Positions 1-12,613 of a DNA stretch of 64,000 nt are shown here, piece by piece (position 1 is the stretch's first letter; each line of letters begins with the position of its first letter). The notes under the pieces were generated by a model. That model worked only from the letters and a program-made list of their open reading frames with translations. It was not told the origin of the DNA and did not search any database. The stretch is from assembly GCA_030704615.1 (NCBI GenBank), contig CM060732.1:9300001-9364000 (forward strand). Reading direction: 5' to 3'. Source of the DNA: Takakia lepidozioides (taxonomy: Eukaryota > Plantae > Bryophyta). The position numbers and the translations under genes were made by a program.

Positions 1-170
1 CAGACATGGCCACATGGCTCTCTAGATCGCCCTCCTCACAACCTAGGTCTTGGTTAGCATCAATCAATCTGCAGCTCTGGTTTTTAGTGTTGCAACTAGT
101 GGTTCATGCAGTAGTAGCATTTCAGGGCTCCCATGTTTTGTTTTTCATTAAGCTCAGGCTGTTATGTGTC

Positions 171-1418
171 GGGTAAAGCCTCGGCACGAGAGGCCATTAC
201 GGGGTTCGAAGCCAGGTCGATGGCGCAGCCCCAGACCAATGCGCTGTACTGGAAACACGCAGGGCCGAGGACCACGTACTGGCCCGAGGCCTCGGGATAT
301 TTGTAATCTAGGAATAGCCTAAAGAGAGGCCTTGTCCCTACAAGGCAGGGCACATTAATGGGCTTTGTCATTAATGCCAAGAGCAAGGCGCCCCCCACCC
401 GGACCCACCTGCTATTTCCTCGCCACGCCGTACCCAATCCTCGCCATGCATGCGTGCCCTGCCATGCTCCATGCGAGGCCCCATGCCCCATGCTCCATGC
501 GAGGCCCCATGCCCCATGCTCCATGGTCATGTTTGTTATCCATAGATGATTTTAGCGGGATGAGTCTAAAATGGATGAGGTTAGGGGTGTGGTTAGGGTA
601 ACGATTGTTTTGACATTGCTAATTATCTTGGCTCCCAAAGCAAACAGCGAGGTTCTATGGATTGGTGAATGGATTAGTGGAAGCGATTACGAGTAGATTA
701 GATTAGTGAGGTGAGCTTGTGGATCACTAAACACTTCATGTGGTCGTCAAGGTTTCTCTGGCTTATCACTTAAGTGATACAAGATATGTTTAGAGGAAAC
801 CGCGGTCGAGGTTTCCCTGGCATATTACTTAGGTGATATAAGATATGTTTGGAAGAAACCGCGGTCGAGGTTTCCCTGACATATCACTTAAGTGATATAA
901 GATATATCTAGAGGAAACTGCGGTCGAGGTTTCCCTAACATGATGGTATATCTTAATATGTTTGGAGGAAGCGCATTCAAGTTTCCCTAGCATACCACTT
1001 GCATACCATTCACAATGCAAACATAATAAAAAAGAACTCAGCTAGTTTGCAAAGAACTCACTAAGCCAAAAAACTCACTAAGCCCCAAACAAACAAAACC
1101 CTAAACCAGCCACCGCCCTAAAAGACCCCCTAACCTATCCATCCTAAATTCATCCTTAAATTCATCCATGGATAACAAACATGCTATGGAGCATGGGGGA
1201 GGGCTCATAGAGCATGGTAGGGCCCGCATTCATGGTGAGGAGTATGGCGAGCAAGGGGCATGGCGGGCCGAGAGTGTGGGCTGGTTCCTGCATTAACGAT
1301 AGTATGGCTTTATTATAGCCCTTAATGAGGGCCTATCTTGTAGGGACAAGGCTCTCTTTAGGCTAATCCTAGAGTACAAGTATCCGGAGACCCGGCCGAG
1401 GGCTGAGGCTTTACCCTG
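171..1418. repeat. Degenerate foldback/MITE-like structure: inverted arms ~171-602 and ~1110-1418
   Basis: ctaggaatagcctaaagagaggccttgtccctacaag (308-344) is the approximate reverse complement of cttgtagggacaaggctctctttaggctaatcctag (1337-1372); gggtaaagcctc (171) pairs with gaggctttaccc (~1406). Confidence 0.6.
764..995. repeat. ~59-bp tandem repeat (about 4 units) with internal palindromes
   Basis: Unit tatcacttaagtgatacaagatatgtttagaggaaaccgcggtcgaggtttccct recurs with ~59-bp period. Confidence 0.8.
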
Positions 1419-4400
1419 CGTAAAGTATCCGAATATGTACTACATTTATTTGGCGCAATCTGATTGGGCGTGAATTATCCCATATCGATTGCCCATATTC
1501 AGAACCCTGTGGAGGATGTAAACGGGGGCGAGCTGCAAGGGAGTGGAGGCTGGCCTATGGGTGATTACGTCATCCCTGCTTTAACGGAGTACTATTTGGA
1601 GGAGTACGTTACACCCAAATATAACGTACTCCCCAAAGTATAAGGTACTTACCCTAAAATTTGTCCAGATAAGCGTACTCAAACTACAAAGAAAAAAAGT
1701 GATGAGGTTCTTTACGTCTGAAGTTGAGTGTACGCCTGAATGTTTTTTCTGGTCAAGTACCATTCAATGTGTTGTTGCACTTTTCTTGTTGTCAAAGGAG
1801 CACTTCTCTCATTGTTGTCTACTTTTCATTTTGATGAACACTTGAAATTGACGATTTCATCATGGATACCAGACCATGCCTCAAATTCACACCGTCTTGC
1901 TTAAAATAAACTTCATTATTCAGACCTGGCATGCGTATATGTCAAAAAACTATTTTGTATACCATATTCGTACCTAGCTGATCGTTCGGACAGTCTGGCG
2001 AGACGTAGTAGCATGCAGCGATTCATCAGCATGCAAGCCATTGACCAGACTACACAGGCTCATATTTGTAAATTCTCCATTGGCCAAACCTTGATCCCCT
2101 TCCAGAGGTTGAATCACAATCTCAACTTCCTTCACGACGCCCTGATCTTAACCAATTTTCGGGAGCTCGTTCAGCCATGCAGAAATGACAAACTATGGAC
2201 ACCAATTACCTTTAAGCAGACGCAGTGCTTGGAGTGACCACCCGCCAGACACGAGGAGTGAAGACTTTGAGCACTTCGTGCTTATCAACGGTGTAATCCC
2301 CAACAGCCACACACTCCCAGGCCCGCGGCGTGCGCACCTAAAAGCCCACCCGCGTGGCGAGATTGTACTCCCAGGTCCGGGACAGAAAAGTGCCAACAGG
2401 GTATTCACCAAAACACTCGTGCAATCTAGGTTGTAGGATCTTCTAGGACTCAAAGCACTCACCTCCCAAAATCAGAATATCTGCATGTAAACCGTCCACA
2501 TGCGCACCAGTGAGACCGGTCCCGGAATCGTAAGAAGTCACGAGCATCAATCAAAGCTTGCTCTCAAACGCGCACAGGGTTCCACTGCTTGTCACGATAG
2601 ATGGCCTCCCGATGCCGTGTAATGTGAAACAGATCTGTTTCATGGACCCCAGTCTCAATCTTGTCAAACCACTGGGTGTCAGCAGTAGTGACTACACACA
2701 GAGAGTTTCCGAACGTCAAAGCAAAGTCTATTTCCCTACGTTCGCTGTCTCGGATCTAGGTAGTCAAGATCCAGATCATAGCAATTCCCAAAATTATATT
2801 TGTCCGGATCCCCACTCTGCAGAGAACCTGACGACCCCAAACTTTCTGTCCTATGCAGCAAGGACCACTGGTGAGCTTCTTCAGCAGCAAAAACCAGGGC
2901 CTCCGCCACGCTATCCGGAGACTCAGGATGCACAAGTGCAGGCAGACTATCAGACAACAAAACCACAGGGACAGCAAGAGGAGCAACGACACCCACGGGT
3001 ATACTATTTGAAAGCGAGACTACCAGGGAATCAGTGGGAACAAGAACACCTGCAGGCAGGCTCCCAGAAATTGAGACCCCATGAGCAACAATGGGAGCAA
3101 CAACACCCGGACTCAACGTCAGCGAAATCGTGAGCTACAACTTCACAACATCCCCTCGTCTGGAGGCGGAACACTCAGATATCACAGCAGCCATGGCTAA
3201 GGCAGATCAACGAAATACAAGCAAGAGCGCGGGAGATCAACGCGGCAAAAATTCGCAGAGAGAGAGAATGGAGTGGGCCGCCATCGCTTAATCTGTCTTA
3301 TGCCCCAGACCCTCACACCTCGATTAGAGTTAATCAATAGAGCCGCCGCCCTAAATGAAACCACATCCACTATGTGCGTACCCGGCGCATCTCCACCATG
3401 TTTTGAGCAGGAAGAATATGCGGTGCTCCTCACCGGTGACGCTCAAGAAGGTAAGGGGGAATAGATCAAAAGAGCTTGCGTCGCGCGTAGTGAGGTACCA
3501 AAGCACGTAGAGGACAACACATAGGATACTGATGGCCCAGCGGCCAGCCACACTGGACGCAACTCCCACAGTGCGGGGCCTCGGCGCGCAGCTGTCTCAT
3601 AGCGTCCCGAGGCTGCCGCTGCAGCGTCCGCCCGACGCATTTTCAAGTGGCGTCGAGCTTTGCGTCCGTCCGCAAAACGCACGTCCCGGGCCCCTCGGCG
3701 CATACGAGATCATGACACCTGTCGAAGGTGAAGTCATTTCCAGATTAGTAAATACGTGGGCTGTTGGATGGGCCACGATCTCAACCACCCTTATGTATGC
3801 CACGTTCAAACCGTGACGTTGGCCTGTGTGGCCGCGACGCTGCGTCCGTCTACCTGCGACGCAAGGCTATCCGTCCTCCCAACGCGCCCTGCGTCCAGTG
3901 TGGCCCTGCTATGAGACTCATTCATCCACTGGCAGCATACATTTAGAGAACAAGAATGTACACCTTCCATACATCAATTCACCAAAAGACCTTTTTCCGA
4001 GTTCTGCCTAACTTTATACACCAAATCAGGGGTTAAGTCCCAGGCCACGTGCCTGTACATCAGAGGGCAGCCAGATTGCCAGTAAGATCTCACCCTTGAA
4101 GCACCGACGGTGCAGATGCAGCCGTGATGTCTTAGGTTACCCGTATGCCAACGTATGTACAACGGCCAGCTACATACGGCCAGTACTCTACTGCTCTCTC
4201 ATAATTAGAGCCTTGACATATCGGGACCAGTTTGGTATGAGAATACCATTTCCGGTACAACACTGGGTATGTCACTATATGAGGCCTCTCATTTTAAGAT
4301 AATAGGGTCTTCAATGGGGCCGGTGGGCCCCGCGCACGGACGCCCGGCTCCCCAGCACCCCGCCCGCCCCGCCCGCCGCTGCGCGCAGTCGCCCAGCCGC

Positions 4401-4439
4401 GGGCGCGGCTGCAGCAACCGCGCCCGCGCCCCCGTCCGC

Positions 4440-4630
4440 CGCGCGGCCAGTCCCCCGTCCATGAGTCCGCTGCCCTCCAGTCTGCTAGTCCGCTAGTCTG
4501 CCCGTCAGTCCGATGCTGGCCAGTCCGCTGCCCAGCAGTCTGCCAGTCTGCCCGTCAGTCCGATGCTGGCCAGTCCGCTGCCCAGGAGTCTGCCAGTCCG
4601 CCAGTCTGCCCGCCAGTCTGCTGGCCACGC
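4440..4630. repeat. GC-rich CCAGTCYG-based tandem/low-complexity repeat
   Basis: agtctgcccgtcagtccgatgctggccagtccgctgcccag duplicated at a 50-bp period. Confidence 0.6.
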
Positions 4631-4973
4631 CATGTAAAACCGCGGAATACTCTATACAGGCCAGTATGCGACGTCATTTTGCAGTGGTATACTGGATTTC
4701 CCGTTGCACGGTCACTTATTTCCATGAGCGGATGTAAAAAACCATGAGCGGACTTGTTACTGACGACATATCTTCGCCGCATTACATGATCTGGAACGTC
4801 CAAAAACGGCAAGGTCAAATTAAAAATTATTATTTTAATACTTGTTTAATCTGCCGCATTTCCAAATTTGGAGGAGTCCGCTCATGAAATCCGCGTATCT
4901 TAGACTTCGGCTCACCGCTCATGCGGCTCATGGCTCATGGCTCATGGTTTCTGCTCATGAAATAGTAAACCTC
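4630..4973 (-). mobile_element. Detached left terminus of the MULE family (subfamily A/B), inverted relative to the body of copy A
   Basis: Reverse complement of 28447-28800, including GAGGTTTACTATTTCATGAGC and the CATGAGC subterminal repeats. Confidence 0.9.
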
Positions 4974-6512
4974 CCTCCAAGGCCCCATGCAAGCCTTCAC
5001 AGGGTCCGCCAGTGCCTCCTTACGTCCACCAGCCATTCCTCAAAATGGAACCACCTCAGGAAACCACGCCATTCACTGAAGGTTAAAAAATGGAGCAAAT
5101 AGAGGTACATATAGGCCCCAACAACATTCTATCCAAAGGAATTGCCTGCAGGTTGGTCTCCCCCATAGTTAAGAATTGGGCTGAAAACCCGAAAAGATTA
5201 CATGCAGGGGAATAATCCCCTTTGTTAAAATGCAACAGGGAGGCAATTCCGACTTTTCTACCGGATCAGCTAGCTCAAAACCGTTGTTCTTCAGAGCCCA
5301 GCCTCCCCATCAAGGTCCCACGAAACGAGTGAAAACAGATTTTTTTTTTAAATTTAAATTTTATATTTTTATATATTTTTTATTTTTCACTTTGACTGTT
5401 CGCGGCCTTCCGTGGCTCCAACCGCCACGACTCCTCACGGCCCGCCCTAGGCACTCGTTGGCCACGGGCTGCCCCGTGATAACCCGTGGTACCACGCCCA
5501 CGAGCCTTCACGGTCCGCCATCCCCACGATTTGGTCACCGTGCCAACCCGTGGTGTCCGCACCACGGCTTCCCACGGTCACGGTCAACGGTCACGGTCAA
5601 CAGTTCCCTGCATTCCCAGGAACTCCACATAAGTTCCCATGCGTTCCCGATCGCTCTCGGGACGTTCCCACGCGTTCCCGAGCTCTCCCGAGCTGGGGTT
5701 TGCTCCTGCACCTGCTGCCGCTGAGCTATGGCTTCTGCGGAGCCATCAGCCCCGTCGCCCTGACTCCTGAGCTCTCACGGCCCACTAGAAGCGCCCCCAA
5801 CTCAACAAGCAAGCTATATGCTGCCCAACAAGCTCCATTTTCTTCATGAAGCTCACAAAAACAAATCTGAAAAATACACACCCTTACAACCTTGGTGTAC
5901 CTGCAGTTCTACTGCACATTCCCTAGCTCTAGGACGCCTAGTTGCTGCCCTTCCAGCCCCACTCTCGCCACTCCAAGAGCCCTTACAGTGCTAGAGTTTC
6001 AGATTGAAACTTCCAACTCAAGCACATGCTTCACAAGTGCACTGATTTGCACACAAGAGGGACCAGCCCCCTCTCTTCACTCATACCTCTTCATGAGCTT
6101 GGAGCTGAAGCTCCCAACAGGCTGCGATGCATCCCCTCGCAGCTCCACTATTCGGCTGCTCCTCATCTACCCGCAACAACTAGTTTCGGGCAGAGATATC
6201 TGGAGCTGATCATATCATCTCCAACCTGCAACATGGTAGCTTCCCATGCGCAGCCCACATTCCTGTAGCTCCTTAACTCGGCCTGCAGCTGAAGAAGACG
6301 ACCACCAGTTTGCCCACTCGTGGCCAGCATCTCCTCCGCTTCACACTAGAATCGCATACTCAGTTGCCATAGCATTAAGCTATGCAACACTGACCGCCTC
6401 TCTATCCATTACAAACCTGCAACCTATTCGCCTTTGCACTCTATCTGCTTTGGATAGGCTCATGTACGGAGCAGCTTCTGGCCATGAACAAGCCCCTCTT
6501 CCATGGCACGGG

Positions 6513-9500
6513 AAGGAGGATGCACAGAGAGTTGTGGAATTACAACGGAGTCTCTTTAGGTACACGTAGTACAAATGCTTGCAAGGGCAGTATGATGCCC
6601 CCTTGTTCGCCATGATCTGGAAGTCGGTGCAATTGCAGGTGGGTAATTCTGAAATGGTGATGGTGTACACCTCATTGTGAACAGCTGAGCCCGCCGTGGC
6701 CATTTGATACACACGCCCGAATCCTGGTGGGGACACTTCTGTCGAGCTCTGGATTGTACAGTTCATCCGAAGTGCATTCCCCATCCTTGTCTCGTTCACT
6801 TTTGAGGGAGGTCGCCGCCTCTTCGGTTTCCCCCAACGGTGTGTAGGATGCTTAGAGCTGTCGTGTCCCATTGTTCTTGCTCTCACAGGGGTCGGTGGTG
6901 GAGGCTGTGGAAGCGGAAATGGTTGTCTGGGGACGTCAGTGCGCTGCACCATCCGAAATCCTGCGGCGGTAAGGGCGTCGGCCTCAACCTGACTCAGATC
7001 GCAGCCTGGTTCCACCGGCCACACCGGGGGAGCCTCTGGCATTGTTTGTATGCCGTACTTGGGCTTTCCATACACGCAAGTCATAATGTCGTGCCTGCAG
7101 AACCAGAACTGTGTGGTTGTCGCCTCCGCAAACTTTGCATGGACAAATCTTCCTGTAAAAGTAGGAGCAGGGACAGCCCCATCTGGATTCCTCCTTATCA
7201 TCTCTAAACAACGTTGCCGTGTATCCACACGAATTGCGGAACACCTTCCTCGAAACGACGGCTTTGTGCGAGCAATTCTCCACTGTGAGGCAGAATCTTC
7301 GAGTTTCCACCTGTTTCTTCGTCAAAGAAAGCCTCCGGGATGTTAACAGACATGGATCGAAAGCATGACGGACACCCCTGTGTGTGACGAAGACCAGTAG
7401 CACGAAAATTGCTGATGGTGTTCGTGTACGATATGTCCTCTGTGCGGGGAAGCTGAGGTGCCTCAATCCCACCTGCTTCCACTTTCTCTCCAAAGGAGGG
7501 CGGAGAAACGAGACGGATTGGACTGGCACAACGCATCATCCATTCATTGTCTCCAGCCAAGCTCTTGCGGGTTCTTTCAAGTGTGCACATTGCAAAGAAC
7601 CACCGACGTGCATGTCCATGTGCAGAGCCAAGCAATATTACGTAATCCATTTGCTCCCGGACTTGACTAGAGCTTGCATACACGTTGGGGTCCACTGCCA
7701 CCCCTTGGCAAGAGGCAACATGCGTGAGGCTGTGCAGGAAGCACACGACATCATAAAAGAGGAGGTGAAATTGAGCCCCGGAGCCAGACCAAAGCAGATT
7801 CAGCTGAAGGCAGCCCACAAGATTGCTCTTGGCAAAATCATGTCTGAAGATGGTTCCGACCGAGAGCCCTTGACCGAAGACGAGATGCGTGACCTCTTGG
7901 AGTCCGTCTCGCACGTTTGTAGTCCGAATGTGCGGAATCACATCGTATCTTGCAAGCAGGAGTTTGGCAGGGGGTCGGACATGTACTCAATCCTGGAGGT
8001 GAAACGAATGACTGGATATGACTACATCCAAGGTAGCAGGTTTCTAGGGCAAGGCAGCGAATCCGATCGTTGTTACATTTTCAAAATGTCGACGTGTGGG
8101 CCTGGGAGTGGAGTCGACTTGGTCACTCGCATGACAACTGGAAACTTGTCGAATGCTTGGGTGATGTTTGATCACATCAAGCGAATTACAAACCATCAGT
8201 GGGTGACTATGGGTGCGCATGTTTATGACTATCACTCCAAGAGGCTCATGACGATTGCAATCTGCGAGATGAAAGGGGAGGACACACAGTCCGAGATGCA
8301 TCTGTGGGAGGGCATAAACGAGCAGATGGCAAGGGCGGGATTGCCAGAGCCCAATTTCAGGGGATTCATGGCAGACAACGCTCAGGCCAACTGGGCAGCG
8401 GTGCGGCGTGTGTACGGTGAGGACCCCAATGTTCCAATGGAGGGGAAAGAGAGATCCTGTGGATTCCATTGGATGCAGAGTCTATCCCACTACACTACCA
8501 AATTTGTTGCTAGCTCATTCCAGGCTGAACACCGTGTCCTTTGTACGGCGTGGAAGGATGCACCCACATTTGATGACGCGGAGGTTAAGTTTGCTATCAT
8601 CGAGGCTTGGTGGAACACGTCAGGTGCAGTGGAGACAACCAATCTGGGAGCATTGCACAGCTGGTTGGGGTGGGGGCATTTTCGGTATCGACAGTTCGGA
8701 CAGTACATGCGGGAGGTAGGCTGCTGTCAATTTCGTTCATTTGTCTTTTTGTTACGGACATTTCGATTGGTCCCTCACCATTGTTTGTGTCCTTCTAGGA
8801 GTGGTGCTTGGATTCCGACACGGACATGCCGAACACGAATATGGCAGAATCGGTCCACTCCTCCTGGCGAGCGTCTTCTGCCGCACATCTGGTGGACGTA
8901 GTGACGGCCACAACGGAGGACATCGACAGAGCAATCATGCAGCAAGCCACGTACTACAAGTTCCTGAGCGGCAAACAATGGGGCTTTGGGCCGGACAGGG
9001 AGGAATTGTTGGTACGAACAGCTTCGAGGTCCAAGAATCCACTGAAATGGGCGACAGCATTGCGAGAGAAGATCAAAGGGACGCCTCTGCACCGCAGAGG
9101 TGAACACCTAGAGGGGGACGTCCGGACTCGCCCTGTCAGGCGGAGGATTGAAGAGGAACCCGGGTGCGAAGAGGATTCCTGGAGATCTGACAGGAACATT
9201 CGGACAGCACCTCGAGGTCCCGTCATGTTGCCGCACAATGTGTCTTCCAGCAGTGGAAGCCCAAGAAATTCCAGATCGCCGTCGCCTTCAACCGGGGATT
9301 TCGTGCAACAAATTCCCACCGCTCCCTTGCCCCACATTCCGCCCGTTGTTATGCAGTATGGCCAAGCCATTGTGGAGACGACACGACTTCGGGAGGCAGA
9401 AACGTTACCTTTCTGACTGGGAATTTGGCATAGTCGAGAGCAGCCAGCTCGGAGCGAGAACCATCGAGGTGATGTTGTCGTAGGAGCTGCACAATGGACC

Positions 9501-10044
9501 GGGTTGGAGTTATGCTCGAGGGCACATGCGTAGCACCTACAGAGACGTCCATGCCGGATTTGAACGACCGTGTGGAGGACATGGGTACCTCAATGCAATC
9601 ATCTTCCTCGTCGGAAATGTCGAATACGTCCACACGAGAAGCTATGGAGGGTCTTGACGGTCCAGGTCGGGAATGATTATCGTTGCATACCTCTCTGTTG
9701 GCAGTGGCCGCCTCTCGGTTTCCGGACTCCTTTGTGGATGGTGTGGGCAACGACTGATTCGGAAAGGGAATGGGCATTCCCACAGCTCGGTACAGGATGG
9801 TGTCTGACGGGGGAACGTGCCATTCGATTCCGCAACCTCCGTCGTTACCTAGCACGACAATGGTCTCGTCAACCTGTCCAGGAACATCCTTCTTTTCTTC
9901 TTCCAAATAAACTGTGCCCGGTTTGAGCTTGAATTTGGAACAAAGGTAAGTTTCAGTCACTCTGCAAAGTCCTCCCTCGTTTGGGATCCAGGCTCTCCCA
10001 AGTTGCGGAGGACAGCAAACTATAGCGTAGGAATTCGGAGCCAT
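6513..10044 (-). pseudogene. MULE transposase of copy A, disrupted by a 2.1-kb inversion (DDE core now on + strand)
   Basis: ORFs 9349-10230(-), 7384-8901(+), 8808-9416(+) and 6380-7228(-) are pieces of the B transposase; 83-bp GT-AG intron at 8716-8798. Confidence 0.9.
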
Positions 10045-10471
10045 CGAACACCGCACGGAGTTGGCAAGTGCGAGGTTCAGTATAGCGACAGACCAAGGCT
10101 CACAGGCACCATCTAAGTGGATCTGCGGAGTCCATCGACGATTGGAAGTCGCACATTGAAGTGGAAAGTATTGTTCAAGCCACATGCATGAAGGTGGGAG
10201 GTTTGATTCCATAGCCAGTGAGTATGACAATGATGGCCGATTCGGCGACGAAATAACATCTCCTGACAGTTTCTCCTGAGGGTGGATCCAGCAGTATTCT
10301 CGGTGCAGACAGGAACGTTCGCACTGACAAGTGCCAGGACTGCTGGTTAAAACGGTCAGACAACCAAGTTGTGCTCATCAAGACTGGCCGCAATTGTGTT
10401 GTTTCGGAACAATGCAACCCATTCAGGTTCCAGATTTCCCGTCCCGAGTGATTCTTTCGATTGCTGGTGGA

Positions 10472-12180
10472 CGGAAATACGGCGCCGCATTTCCGTATTG
10501 CATCTTGGTCATGCACCAGAACGACGGAAATGCGGCACCGAGTTTCCGTCCGGGGGAAACCTTTATACTCTCCAGAACGGAAATGCGGTAACGCATTTCC
10601 ATCCAGCAAGCACGGTATGTGAAGGTCGAACGGAAATGCGGTACCGCATTTCCGTTCTGATTGAGATTTATGAACAACGGGAACAGAAATGCGGCACCGC
10701 ATTTCCGTCCGAGTCGCACTTTTCCGACATTTCAGAACGGAAAAGCGGCGCCGCATTTCCATTTTGTATCTGATGCATGGAGCTGAGGGATTGAAATGCT
10801 GCAGCACATTTCCGTCCTTAAAAGACATTCATACTCTCCAGAACGGAAATGCGGTACCGCATTTTCATTCAACAAGCACGGTATGTGAAGGTGGAACGGA
10901 AATGCGGTACCGCATTTCCGTTCTGATTGAGATTTATGAACAACGGGAACAGAAATGCGGCACCGCATTTCCGTCCGAGTCGCACTTTTCGACATTCCAG
11001 AACGGAAATGCGGCGCCGCATTTCCATTTTGTATCTGATGCATGGAGCCGAGTGCGATTCCGACAGCTTCATACAGCGCAATTCCGACCGCTTGAGACAT
11101 TCATACTATCCAGAACGGAAATGCGGCAACGCATTTCCGTTCTGACTGAAAATCGTGAACCATCTGAACTAAAATGCGGCACCGTATTTCCATCCGAGTC
11201 GCACCTACCAACATTCCAGAACGGAAATGCGGTACCGCATTTCCGTTCTGACTGAAAATCGTGAACCGTTGGAACTGAAATGCGGCAGCGCATTTCCATC
11301 TGAGTCGCACCTCCCAACATTCCAGAACTGAATGTATTAGATTCAAAAGGGAAATGCGGCACCGCATTTCCGTTCTGATGAAATATCCTGAAACATCGGA
11401 ACTGAAATGCGGTACCGCATTTCCGTCGGAGTCGCACCTTCCGACATTCCAAAACGGAAATGCGGCGCCGCATTTCCGTTTTGTATGTGAGGCATGGAGC
11501 TGTGGAACGAAAATGCGGCACGGCATTTCCGCCAGCGTCAGACGTTAATACTCTACAGAACGGAAATGCGGTACCGCATTTCCATTCTGACTGAAAATCG
11601 TGCGCAACGGGAACAGAAATCCGGCACCGCATTTCCGTTCGAGTCGCACCTTCCGACATTCTAGAACGGAAATGCGGCGCCGCATTTCTGTTTTCTATAT
11701 TGGGCCTGGAGCTGTGCTACGAAAATGTGTTGCCGCATTTCCATCCATGTGAGACCTTCAAACTTTCCGGACCGGAAATGCAGCACCGCATTTCTGTCCA
11801 GGTGAGACCTCTATACTTTCCCGAACGGAAATGTGGCACGGCATTTCCATTCATCATCTAACGTATGTGAAGTGGGAACGGAAATGCGGTACCGCATTTC
11901 CGTTCACATTGAAAATCATGAACCACGGGAACTGAAATGTTGTGCCTCATTCCCGTCCCAATCGCACCTTTCGACATTCCAGAACGGAAATGCGGCGCCG
12001 CATTTCCCTTTTGAATCTCATACTTGGAGCTGTGGGACGGAAATGCGGCACCGTATTTCCGTTCAACAACTAAGGTATGTGAAGGTGGAACGGAAATGCG
12101 GTGCCGCATTTTCTTCCAACAAGTACGGATGTGTAGCTTCGTGATGGTACTTAACGGAAATGCGGCGCCGCATTCGCATT
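10472..12180. repeat. Palindrome array of copy A (GGAAATGCGG-YR-CCGCATTTCC, ~53-bp period)
   Basis: About 30 copies lie between the divergent transposase and ParB-MTase starts. Confidence 0.95.
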
Positions 12181-12613
12181 TTCGCTCCAACTGATCAGAC
12201 GCTGGGACGGAAATACCTTGAAATGTGAACACGTGGAGCAACGGAATTGCTGCACATGTCGGCACTCTATGTGACTGAAGGGGCATGAGGCGGCGCGGCC
12301 TGACCGTTCGATAATGATGTTTGTTTTTCGGACGGCAGGCGTACCCTCAACGTTTCGAATTTCGTAATGACGCAAACTCCACGAGGAGACACTTTCGTCC
12401 AACCCTTTCGAACCCAAGTGGTGCATCACCGCCGTTTCATCTACTTTTGTCGTGTCTCCTCAGTCACCCCTCTCGCGCCCTTTCCATCTGCACTCTTTGG
12501 CCCTTTTCCCTCTCTCTGTTCTTCTTATGCTCGAACCTGAGAGGGGGGGAGTTCGTGCACCAGCCAGGAGACCTCGTCGCAAGCTCCGGAAATTATACTT
12601 CGGACGTAGGCCA

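Noticed and set aside
2013-4260. Possible decayed retroelement or gene (Q-rich ORF 2558-3133)
   Set aside because: No recognisable domain motifs or termini.
5390-5600. CACGG/CCGTG motif cluster suggesting subterminal repeats of another DNA transposon
   Set aside because: No matching second end or TSD identified.
10175-12290. Many overlapping ORFs with repeated KCGTAFP/EMRxRIS/GNAVPHF peptides (also 33026-35390, 41044-41800, 59081-60199, 21034-21990)
   Set aside because: Six-frame translations of the palindrome arrays, not proteins.
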